NCBI GenBank assembly: GCA_026391835.1
Contig: JAPLDF010000068.1
Location: forward strand, 313,661 to 377,660
Direction of reading: 5' to 3'
DNA: 64,000 bases
Source of the DNA: Bacteroidota bacterium
GTDB lineage: Bacteria > Bacteroidota > Bacteroidia > Bacteroidales > FEN-979
In this document: positions 19,379-26,926 of the stretch, in pieces
How positions within the stretch are numbered: the first letter of the stretch is position 1
Layout of the letters: each line of letters opens with the position of its first letter
Position numbers and translations under genes: made by a program
The notes under the pieces: model-generated
The model's database searches: none
Told to the model about the DNA's origin: nothing
What the model saw: only the letters and a program-made list of their open reading frames with translations

Positions 19379-20038
19379 TCAATATTCGATATTCCTTTGT
19401 ATCTTCCTGATTCTTACCCGGATATTCATGATCCATACGCCAAGAAGTATCCATCCCAGCATCGCCGGATAAAAAACAACCCGCATGGATGGCTCCAGGT
19501 GCATCGGCAGCACCGGGGGTGAATCCTTCCCCGGGTGGATGCTGTCGCCGGCAAGGCGCGGCATGACCAGTACGAATACGATCCAGAGGAAAAAGGCAAA
19601 GATGTTGTATACCGCCGAAACCTTTGCGCGTTTATGCACATCGTCGATAGAGCCGCGAAGGATCATGTAGGCGAGGTATATGAACAGCCCGACGGCTGCG
19701 CCATTCAGTTTGGGATCCTTCACCCAGGGGGAACCCCAGGTGAAATTTGCCCAGATCATCCCGGTGAAGATACCCAGGAACCCGAACATAAGTCCCACAT
19801 TTACTGCCTCAACAGCAACAAGGTCCTCTGTCTCATCGAATTTCCTCAGATACCGTAAACTATAGATAAATCCGGTTATCAGCATGGAAAACATGCCAAA
19901 CCACATGCCTACGTGAAAAAACAGGTTCCGCATCGTTTCGTGGATCATGGTATCAGGAATCCCAACGAAAAACCCGAAACAGATCGCATATAAGAGCAGC
20001 AAGCCTGATAAAAACTTCCACCAATCCCTTTTTATCAT
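19379..20038 (-). CDS. ccmC: heme exporter protein CcmC
   Basis: 219 aa and polytopic, with the Trp-rich motif WANFTWGSPWVKDPKLNG. Confidence 0.85.
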   Translation of the reverse strand: MIKRDWWKFLSGLLLLYAICFGFFVGIPDTMIHETMRNLFFHVGMWFGMFSMLITGFIYSLRYLRKFDETEDLVAVEAVNVGLMFGFLGIFTGMIWANFTWGSPWVKDPKLNGAAVGLFIYLAYMILRGSIDDVHKRAKVSAVYNIFAFFLWIVFVLVMPRLAGDSIHPGKDSPPVLPMHLEPSMRVVFYPAMLGWILLGVWIMNIRVRIRKIQRNIEY

Positions 20039-20040
20039 TT

Positions 20041-20190
20041 TAGATTTACGATTTTAGATTTACGATTTAATTGCTTAGCAATCATTATAATGTTTATTTA
20101 CTTCCATCTTCAAATCTCCAAATCTTCAAATTTTCAAATCCCCTCTGCTCACTCCCAAATCGTAAATCGAAAATCGTAAATCGAAAATCG
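20041..20190. repeat. intercistronic word-array hairpin (AATCGTA/AATCGAA vocabulary) filling the ccmB-ccmC spacer
   Basis: The left arm is tagatttacgattttagatttacgattt (20041-20068). The right arm is aaatcgtaaatcgaaaatcgtaaatcgaaaatcg (20157-20190). A second word set, cttcaaatctccaaatcttcaaattttcaaatc, lies in between. Confidence 0.9.
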
Positions 20191-20191
20191 T

Positions 20192-20851
20192 TTAGTCTTT
20201 CCAAAGGTACGGAAATAACAAATAGGCCAGTGCGATCACCGCGCCATTGATGGTGAGCAGGATCACGAGGAAGCCAGTCAAACCTGACCAATCCATGTTG
20301 TTCAGGGCCGATTTGGAAACTTTCATCAGTGTGGCAAGCAAGGGAAGAACGATGGGAAAGCTAAGGATCGCCATCAGCGAAAAATTATGGCTGGCCCTCG
20401 AGGCAATGGCAGCCACCATGGTAAGCACCGAGGAGAGACCGAGGCTTCCGAGTACCAGGGTTAACAGGAACAAGGGGATGTTCACCACCAGGTTGCCCAT
20501 CAGCAGCAGGAAAAACCCGAATGCCAGCAGCGAAAGTACCGCCATCAGGAACAGGTTGTAGATGATCTTGGCAAGCACGACGGCCTGCGGGCTGGCAATG
20601 GTGTAATAGTACAGGTGACGGGCAGCGCTTTCCTGGAGAAAACTTTTTGAGATCCCATTTACGGCCACAAAAAGCAGGATTATCCAGAACAGCGAATTCC
20701 ATGTTTCCGGGGTAATGGCATTGTCGAACGCCAGGTAGGTAACAAAAACCGTCGATACCAGGTAGAGCAGTATGCCGTTCAGCACGTACTTCTGCTTTAA
20801 CTCAAGCATAACCTCTTTTCCGACAAGGAATTTGATTTCGGCGAACAGCAT
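20192..20851 (-). CDS. ccmB: heme exporter protein CcmB (the ORF track starts at TTG 20875; ATG 20851 is preferred)
   Basis: Polytopic membrane protein with a CcmB-like pattern (..SPQAVVLAKIIYN..). The TAacTTTG box at 20873-20880 lies inside the longer ORF, which favours the ATG at 20851. Confidence 0.8.
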   Translation of the reverse strand: MLFAEIKFLVGKEVMLELKQKYVLNGILLYLVSTVFVTYLAFDNAITPETWNSLFWIILLFVAVNGISKSFLQESAARHLYYYTIASPQAVVLAKIIYNLFLMAVLSLLAFGFFLLLMGNLVVNIPLFLLTLVLGSLGLSSVLTMVAAIASRASHNFSLMAILSFPIVLPLLATLMKVSKSALNNMDWSGLTGFLVILLTINGAVIALAYLLFPYLWKD

Positions 20852-20872
20852 GAATGATTCTGAATTTGGCTG

Positions 20873-20880
20873 CAAAGTTA
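20873..20880 (-). promoter_or_regulatory. -7 box TAacTTTG for ccmBCDE
   Basis: The reverse complement of caaagtta is TAACTTTG. It lies 22 nt upstream of ATG 20851 and directly downstream of a terminator. Confidence 0.45.
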
Positions 20881-20900
20881 AAAAAAAAGAGGCACCCGGC

Positions 20901-20925
20901 GCCTTCGACTTCGCTCAGGGGGCGG
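20901..20925. repeat. single copy of the CCTTCGACNNCGCTCAGGG word
   Basis: gccttcgacttcgctcagggggcgg uses the same word as the 24-bp tandem repeat at 31807-31878. Confidence 0.8.
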
Positions 20926-20938
20926 TCGGGATGGGCAC

Positions 20939-20970
20939 AAAAAAACCCCGCGGCAAGCCGCAGGGTTTTT
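20939..20970 (-). terminator. rho-independent terminator of the upstream T9SS-cargo gene
   Basis: The stem is ccccgcgg / ccgcaggg with loop caag. It is flanked by an A-run and a T-run. On the minus strand the stem is followed by TTTTTTT. Confidence 0.7.
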
Positions 20971-20990
20971 CAATACTGATAATGGTTGGT

Positions 20991-23003
20991 TTATTCAACA
21001 ATCATCTTCTGGGTATATTTCTGTCCGTTAACGATAACGGTTACAAAATAGATACCGGAGGTAAGATTGGTAGCATCAATGCTGAATTGCTGTGAACCTG
21101 AACTCATGTTTCCTTTGTTGAGTGACATCATCTGTTTTCCAACGAGATTTGTTACTTCAACAGTAACGTTTGCATTCTGTGTCAGGCTTAAAGAAACCTT
21201 TGCAATATCCTTTACAGGGTTCGGATAAACATTTACAGAAGCGATTTCAATCTGTTTCTGATCAACACCTACACCCGGGTTGGGTACAAGAAGCGTAAAG
21301 TCGCTGTCAACATAGGAGAAATCAGGAATATATTTGAATTTGGAATCGGCAGCTGCATCAGCAAACCACTGGGTACAGATAGGAATGGTGTATTTGTTGT
21401 TATCTGTGAAGATAATGGGGGAAGTACACTGCCAGTAAGCTTCCTGTGTAATGTCGCAAAGGAAGGTAACGTTGGTACCGCCGTTTACGCCATTGTCTGT
21501 TGTAAGTTTGTTTGTTTTGAGGTCAAAACCACGAGCCCAAACATCAGGATTCTGGTTATTGGTCTCACCATCAATGTGGGTATCATTCCAGGTGACAAAC
21601 ATTTTATCACCAACTTTGTTCCTGGCGATATAAACGCGGTTATCGCTGGTGTATGTAGCCCATGTTCCGCGGAATGTTTTGAGAGATCCGAGGAAAACAC
21701 CCTGCCATGTAGTTCCGCCATTGATGGAATAGATATCAAAAACATTGATAAGACTGTCAACGCCTGAGGAGATCGAATAACCACCCGGTGCATATCCAAC
21801 AGCAACTGCGATGTGCGGGTTGCCCATGTAGTCAACACTGATGTTGTGCTCAAATGCACAGGTATAGGGAATCTCGTCACGGGAAGGTGTCGGTGGGGTA
21901 AAGAAGTTGGCTAAGAAATAATCGCTGTAGCAATTTTTAATTGCGGCGATGCCGTTCGGGCCGTCAAGCTGGATCGCTTTAGGTTCACCCCAGGTTAAAC
22001 CACCATCAGTAGATTTTCTGACGATCGGGTAGTAGGTTGAATCGATAAGCGGGGAGCCATTCACATCATTGCCTAAAACGCTCATGTACATGGTCTGGCC
22101 ATCAGGTGAAGCGGCGATTTTGTTATCGGCGATGTTGTACATATCCTTGGTGTGGAATGCAATCTGCTTGTAGGTATAATCAAAATCTTTGGTGGTGGTA
22201 TTCCATACACCTCTTCCATAGATAACGCTGTCCTGGTAAACTACTGAACCTGACTCAACGTTGTTGTCTCCGTCAACCATGTATGCATAGTTGCCAGCGA
22301 TCGTGAATCCATCAGGAATGTAGGTATAAGGAGTAGGGTTGTACCATTTGATACGCTTGGTGGTATCGGCATGGTTAACGAGGTTCATTCTTCCGATGGT
22401 ATATCCACCGAATCCGCTGACAACCAGGTTGGCAAAGTTCGGACCGAAAAATGCGCAATATGCATTTGCAAGAGTGGTATTTCCTGCAGGATTGTAAATG
22501 GCGGCGCAAGGATACCTGCTGGCGTCATAATAATAAGGGGAAGAAACCATTGTGGCAGAAGTGGAAAGGATCTGGTTGGTCCAGTCAGCCTGGGAGGCAC
22601 CCATGTTCACACCAAGATCCGTGGCATAATACCCTGATAAACTCGGAGGAGTTGCGCCGGGACCAGCCCTGTGAAAATTGATAATGCAATTGAGATCATC
22701 GTCAGCCCAAACCATGGTCCTTGATCCGCTTGAATAGCCGAGAACGTTGGCAGAAGTACCGAGGTCAAGAACTGTGACGATGTTGGTGTTGTTGCCATTT
22801 TTCAAGCCTGAATGTTTGGCTGTGAAGGCTGAAGGAGAAATTTTTTCAACAGGCTCGATGGTAACTTTTTGATCTTTTTTGTAATTACGGACAAAAACAC
22901 CATTTTTAATCTGGGGTCTTTGTGCGACAACAGCCAGGCCAATGATAAATGCCAGACTCAGCAGTAAAAGTTTTTTCATGGTTTTTGGTTTTTGGTTTGA
23001 CAA
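20991..23003 (-). CDS. secreted protein with Asp-box motifs and T9SS C-terminal sorting domain
   Basis: 670 aa with a signal peptide. It has the motifs STDGGLTW and INGGTTW. The tail is VYPNPVKDIAKVSLSL...GIYFVTVIVNGQKYTQKMIVE. Confidence 0.75.
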   Translation of the reverse strand: MSNQKPKTMKKLLLLSLAFIIGLAVVAQRPQIKNGVFVRNYKKDQKVTIEPVEKISPSAFTAKHSGLKNGNNTNIVTVLDLGTSANVLGYSSGSRTMVWADDDLNCIINFHRAGPGATPPSLSGYYATDLGVNMGASQADWTNQILSTSATMVSSPYYYDASRYPCAAIYNPAGNTTLANAYCAFFGPNFANLVVSGFGGYTIGRMNLVNHADTTKRIKWYNPTPYTYIPDGFTIAGNYAYMVDGDNNVESGSVVYQDSVIYGRGVWNTTTKDFDYTYKQIAFHTKDMYNIADNKIAASPDGQTMYMSVLGNDVNGSPLIDSTYYPIVRKSTDGGLTWGEPKAIQLDGPNGIAAIKNCYSDYFLANFFTPPTPSRDEIPYTCAFEHNISVDYMGNPHIAVAVGYAPGGYSISSGVDSLINVFDIYSINGGTTWQGVFLGSLKTFRGTWATYTSDNRVYIARNKVGDKMFVTWNDTHIDGETNNQNPDVWARGFDLKTNKLTTDNGVNGGTNVTFLCDITQEAYWQCTSPIIFTDNNKYTIPICTQWFADAAADSKFKYIPDFSYVDSDFTLLVPNPGVGVDQKQIEIASVNVYPNPVKDIAKVSLSLTQNANVTVEVTNLVGKQMMSLNKGNMSSGSQQFSIDATNLTSGIYFVTVIVNGQKYTQKMIVE

Positions 23004-23014
23004 TAACGATTATA

Positions 23015-23022
23015 CAAATATA
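23015..23022 (-). promoter_or_regulatory. -7 box TAtaTTTG
   Basis: The reverse complement of caaatata is TATATTTG. It lies 12 nt upstream of ATG 23003. Confidence 0.35.
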
Positions 23023-23137
23023 GGTTATAAATTTTCAGATTTACAAAAGTATTACAATTAATCTTATCATGCAATAGTTTTTGTAAAATTTAACTTTTCA
23101 CAAGGGTTATGAGGGTTATCCCGATTTTTTTGCCTTC

Positions 23138-23773
23138 TTCACCGCGAAGACGCAAAGACGCTAAATTAACAATTTCCTGTATTACCTTTTCGGGTTAAAA
23201 CGATTAAGCATTAATCCTGCACTTTCTCAGAAAAGTTTTTCACCGCTAAGACGCTAAGACGTTAAGGTTTATATGATTGAAATTGTGCTATTTGCGTCTT
23301 TGTGATTAACAGTTATGTTTAAGTTTCCGGGGCGGGTTAAATGGTCTTTTAAAACATATTTAAATGGAAAAACAGAAAATGGAATATGTTGCAAAACAAA
23401 TTGTTGATGCTGGTTACAGGGTACATAAAGAACTTGGCCCCGGATTATTGGAATCGGTTTATCTCTATTGTTTTATGGAAGAGTTGAAATTAAGTGGGAT
23501 CAGAACTGAACAGGAGGTAGTGTTACCGCTTTTTTATCGAGGTAACAAATTGAATAAGGAGTTTCGTTTTGATGTCCTTGTTGAACAGGAGATCATTGTT
23601 GAAATCAAAGCTGTTGAAATTCTTCTGCCTGTGCATCGTGCACAACTGATTTCCTATTTAAAACTATCGAATAAAAAAATGGGATTTCTGATCAATTTTA
23701 AAGTGCCGGCTTTAAAGGATGGAATCCATCGTTTTGTCAACAATTATTAGCGTCTTTGCGCCTTTGCGGTAAA
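23138..23773 (+). other. hairpin-bounded cassette carrying the GxxExxY gene
   Basis: The left arm is ttcaccgcgaagacgcaaagacgctaa (23138-23164). The reverse complement of the right arm (23747-23773) is tttaccgcaaaggcgcaaagacgctaa, a 24/27 match. The gene's stop codon lies inside the right arm. Confidence 0.7.
23364..23750 (+). CDS. GxxExxY protein (PD-(D/E)XK nuclease fold family)
   Basis: 128 aa. It has the motif GPGLLESVY (GxxExxY) and the D..E.K-like FRFDVLVEQEIIVEIK. The size is typical of the family. Confidence 0.85.
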   Translation: MEKQKMEYVAKQIVDAGYRVHKELGPGLLESVYLYCFMEELKLSGIRTEQEVVLPLFYRGNKLNKEFRFDVLVEQEIIVEIKAVEILLPVHRAQLISYLKLSNKKMGFLINFKVPALKDGIHRFVNNY

Positions 23774-23797
23774 AAAGGCATTAAATTTTAATCTATG

Positions 23798-24082
23798 CTT
23801 AGTGTTTCTGGGTGATCTGAGTGCCTAAGTGGTTTTATTGCGCAAATCCTTTTCCTTAGTATCCGCAGGGATGATCGTTGAACGCTGGAATTGGGCATCC
23901 GCCTGTGTGTTTTTTTATCAGAAACCACAAATAACCTCATTTTTATAAGAATTCAAGATCGATTTCTATTTTATTCCAGGATATTTGCATTTAACAGCAA
24001 AAAGAAAACCACTGAGGCACTTAGGGCACTGAGAAACACTGAGATACTTAGTGGACCTGAGTGTCCTTAGTGCCTCAGTGGT
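23798..24082. repeat. word-array inverted repeats (CACTGAG/CACTTAG vocabulary) bracketing 170 bp of non-coding DNA, plus a self-contained hairpin
   Basis: The reverse complement of 23798-23834 is aaccacttaggcactcagatcacccagaaacactaag, which compares with aaccactgaggcacttagggcactgagaaacactgag at 24007-24043. In addition, 24009-24082 folds on itself (ccactgaggcac.../...gtgcctcagtgg). Confidence 0.85.
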
Positions 24083-24179
24083 AATCCATTCCCTATTCCA
24101 AACCAACAAAATAAGGAGCACCTCCCCTCCCTTGTTTTCTGCCAGCCAAAAATACAAGTCTAACCTTTACGTTATTAAT

Positions 24180-24187
24180 TATCTTTG
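24180..24187 (+). promoter_or_regulatory. -7 box TAtcTTTG for the lptF/G-like gene
   Basis: tatctttg is an exact TAnnTTTG match, 21 nt upstream of ATG 24208. Confidence 0.45.
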
Positions 24188-24207
24188 CATCGGACGTCAA
24201 TCTGCAC

Positions 24208-25641
24208 ATGAAAAAACTGGACTTATTCATACTTAAATCATACCTGGGCCCCCTGGTCATGACATTTTTCATTGCACTGTTCATCCTGCTGATGCAGTTT
24301 GTATGGAAGTATATCGACGACCTCGTGGGAAAAGGACTTGAGTGGTTTATCATTGTTAAACTGATGTTTTATGCATCTTCCACCTTTGTCCCCCTTGCCC
24401 TGCCGCTTGCCATCCTGCTTTCATCCCTGATGATGTTCGGAAACCTCGGAGAACACTACGAACTTGTTACCATCAAGGCTGCGGGGATCAGCCTGAGCCG
24501 GATCATGCGCCCGCTGATCGTTGTGTCGATCTGTATCAGCGCCCTCGCCTTTTATTTCTCCAATGTCATCCTGCCGTTCGCCAATCTCAAATTCCACTCC
24601 CTGTTGTTTGATGTCAGGGAGAAAAAACTCTCTTTCAACCTGAAAGAGGGAGTGTTCTATGACGGCATCGAAGGGTTCGTCATCCGGATCGGTAAAAAAG
24701 ACAAAGACGGGAACACGATCCGTGATGTGATGGTGTATGATCATACAAAACATCTCGGCAATGTGTCGCTTACCACTGCCGAATGGGGAAAGATGGAGCT
24801 TTCGCCGGATAAAAAATTCCTGGTGTTCAGGCTATACAATGGCACCAATTATGAAGAACGGGTCGATTTGCGGAACAACGAATCCACGCACCCATTCCAG
24901 CGTACCGAATTTTCGGAACAGTACCAGATGTTCGACCTCTCTGCGTTCCAGCTGACACGGACGGATGAAAGCCTGTTCAAGAAGAATTACGAGATGCAGA
25001 ATATCACCCAGCTGAGCCATTCAATCGACTCGATCAAGACCGATCTGGCCTCCGACCGTAAAGCGTATGAACTCAGTTTTATCAACAGCCAGCAGTTCTA
25101 TGACCGGAAGAGTAACCTAAGACGCAAAAAAGTTGATACCGTCAAGAATTTCAACCCGACCGTCATTTACAATTTCAAGGCGGCAGACCGTTTCAGGATA
25201 CTGGAAGCCGCCCTGAATTCGGCCAAAAGTGCAAAAGACAACCTGGAAGTCAGCAAGGACAATATCTACAATAAAAGCAAGCTGATCTTCAAACACCAGA
25301 TCGTGTATCATAAAAAATTCGCGTTTTCAATTGCCTGCTTCCTGCTGTTTTTCATCGGGGCGCCGCTCGGAGCGATCATCCGCAAAGGAGGCCTGGGAAT
25401 GCCTGCAGTTGTCTCGACCATGTTCTTTATCCTTTTCTGGGTGATCTCGTTCGTAGGTGAAAAATATACTGCCGAAGGCGTCGTTCCTGCCTGGCAGGGC
25501 ATCTGGTTTTCATCGGCGGTACTGATGCCGATCGGTATTTTTCTCACCGTCAAGGCAACCAACGATGCATCCCTGTTCGATGTGGATGCCTGGCTCAACT
25601 TCTTTAAAAAACTGTTTAAACTCCGCGAACGACGCATATGA
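24208..25641 (+). CDS. LptF/LptG family LPS export permease
   Basis: 477 aa. The N-terminus MKKLDLFILKSYLGPLVMTFFIALFILLMQ is typical of YjgP/YjgQ. Three N-terminal TMs, a periplasmic domain and three C-terminal TMs follow. Confidence 0.85.
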   Translation: MKKLDLFILKSYLGPLVMTFFIALFILLMQFVWKYIDDLVGKGLEWFIIVKLMFYASSTFVPLALPLAILLSSLMMFGNLGEHYELVTIKAAGISLSRIMRPLIVVSICISALAFYFSNVILPFANLKFHSLLFDVREKKLSFNLKEGVFYDGIEGFVIRIGKKDKDGNTIRDVMVYDHTKHLGNVSLTTAEWGKMELSPDKKFLVFRLYNGTNYEERVDLRNNESTHPFQRTEFSEQYQMFDLSAFQLTRTDESLFKKNYEMQNITQLSHSIDSIKTDLASDRKAYELSFINSQQFYDRKSNLRRKKVDTVKNFNPTVIYNFKAADRFRILEAALNSAKSAKDNLEVSKDNIYNKSKLIFKHQIVYHKKFAFSIACFLLFFIGAPLGAIIRKGGLGMPAVVSTMFFILFWVISFVGEKYTAEGVVPAWQGIWFSSAVLMPIGIFLTVKATNDASLFDVDAWLNFFKKLFKLRERRI

Positions 25642-26885
25642 GAATCCTTTTCCTGTGCAACAAATCGCCCTGGCCGCCAAAAGAGGGCGGACCGATGGCC
25701 ATGAACATGCTCATCGAAGGGTTGGTGGATGCAGGTCACCAGGTGAAGGTTCTGGCAGTCAACTCGTTCAAATACAATATTTCGGCAGATGACATTCCCC
25801 TCTCCTATGCCGAAAAAACCGGGATTGAACTGATCGATGTCGACTTGCGCATCAAGCCCGTGGATGCCTTTTTAAATCTCTTCACCGGTGAATCTTATCA
25901 TGTCAGGCGTTTCATCTCCGAAAAATTCAGGACCCGGCTGATTGAGATCCTCAGGGCTGGCAAATTCGACATCGTTCAGCTCGAAACCCTGTTCATGGGT
26001 CCGTATATCGGCACCATCAGGGCAAATTCTCCGGCGAAAATCATACTCAGGGCGCACAACATCGAACACCTCATCTGGGAGCGGATAGCAGAAGAGACAA
26101 AAAACCCGGCCAGGAAGTGGTACCTGAACCACCTGGCCGTAACCCTAAGGAATTACGAACAGAAAACCGCCATGGAAGTCGATGGCATCCTGGCAATCAC
26201 CCCCAAAGATGCCGGATACTTCACCACCCTGACTACCCACCAAAATCGTAAATCCGCAATCGTAAATCGTAAATCCGATATCTCCCCAATCCCCGTCACC
26301 GCCCTTCCCTTCGGCCTCGATCCTGCAAAATACCGTGTTGATCCAGTTGATCTCGAATTTCCATCCCTTTTTTCCCTGGGATCGATGAACTGGATTCCGA
26401 ACCAGGAGGGGATCCGCTGGTTTCTTGAGCAGGTATGGCCCGATATTCACAACCAATTTCCCAAACTCAACTATTATATTGCCGGACGTGAAATGCCAGG
26501 ATGGATGCGCGCCCTGGCTCTGCCAAACGTGGTGGTGCTCGGCGAGGTGGAGGACGCCAGGGCTTTTCTTGCATCAAAGGCCATCATGATCGTTCCCCTC
26601 TTTTCAGGAAGCGGCATCAGGGTGAAAATCATCGAAGGGATGGCTTGCGGGAAGACCATCATTTCAACCAGCATCGGGGCGGAGGGGATCAGCTGCACAC
26701 ATCGCGAAAATATCCTCATTGCCGACGCTCCGTGCGAATTTTTCGAAATGATCTCCATTTGTATCACAAACCCTGCCCTGTGCAATAAAATAGGAAAACA
26801 GGCCCGGGCACTGGTCGAAACGGCATACAACCCCACGATTCTGATTCAAAAATTGTTGACTTTTTATCAGGAACTCACGGGATAG
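25638..26885 (+). CDS. glycosyltransferase family 4
   Basis: 415 aa. The start overlaps the upstream stop (ATGA). The N-terminus is MRILFLCNKSPWPPKEGGPMA. The C-terminal half, ...PLFSGSGIRVKIIEGMACGKTIISTSIGAEG, is a GT4 E-x7-E type region. Confidence 0.85.
   Translation: MRILFLCNKSPWPPKEGGPMAMNMLIEGLVDAGHQVKVLAVNSFKYNISADDIPLSYAEKTGIELIDVDLRIKPVDAFLNLFTGESYHVRRFISEKFRTRLIEILRAGKFDIVQLETLFMGPYIGTIRANSPAKIILRAHNIEHLIWERIAEETKNPARKWYLNHLAVTLRNYEQKTAMEVDGILAITPKDAGYFTTLTTHQNRKSAIVNRKSDISPIPVTALPFGLDPAKYRVDPVDLEFPSLFSLGSMNWIPNQEGIRWFLEQVWPDIHNQFPKLNYYIAGREMPGWMRALALPNVVVLGEVEDARAFLASKAIMIVPLFSGSGIRVKIIEGMACGKTIISTSIGAEGISCTHRENILIADAPCEFFEMISICITNPALCNKIGKQARALVETAYNPTILIQKLLTFYQELTG
26243..26277. 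repeat. AATCGTA-type word array inside the GT4 CDS, read in frame
   Basis: aaatcgtaaatccgcaatcgtaaatcgtaaatccg encodes part of HQNRKSAIVNRKSDISP. The vocabulary is the same as at 20157-20190. Confidence 0.85.
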
Positions 26886-26899
26886 CGCGGTTTTTTTTA

Positions 26900-26907
26900 T
26901 ACTTTTG
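26900..26907 (+). promoter_or_regulatory. -7 box TActTTTG
   Basis: tacttttg ends 2 nt before the ORF-track ATG 26909, which therefore cannot be the start. This supports ATG 26927. Confidence 0.4.
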
Positions 26908-26926
26908 CATGCTACAAGCTACATTC

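Noticed and set aside
23837-24006. The 170-bp segment between the CACTGAG-word arms as a decayed cargo gene (four-helix-bundle or GxxExxY type)
   Set aside because: I translated both strands by eye. There are only short frames with frequent stops and no family motif, so a gene remnant cannot be supported.
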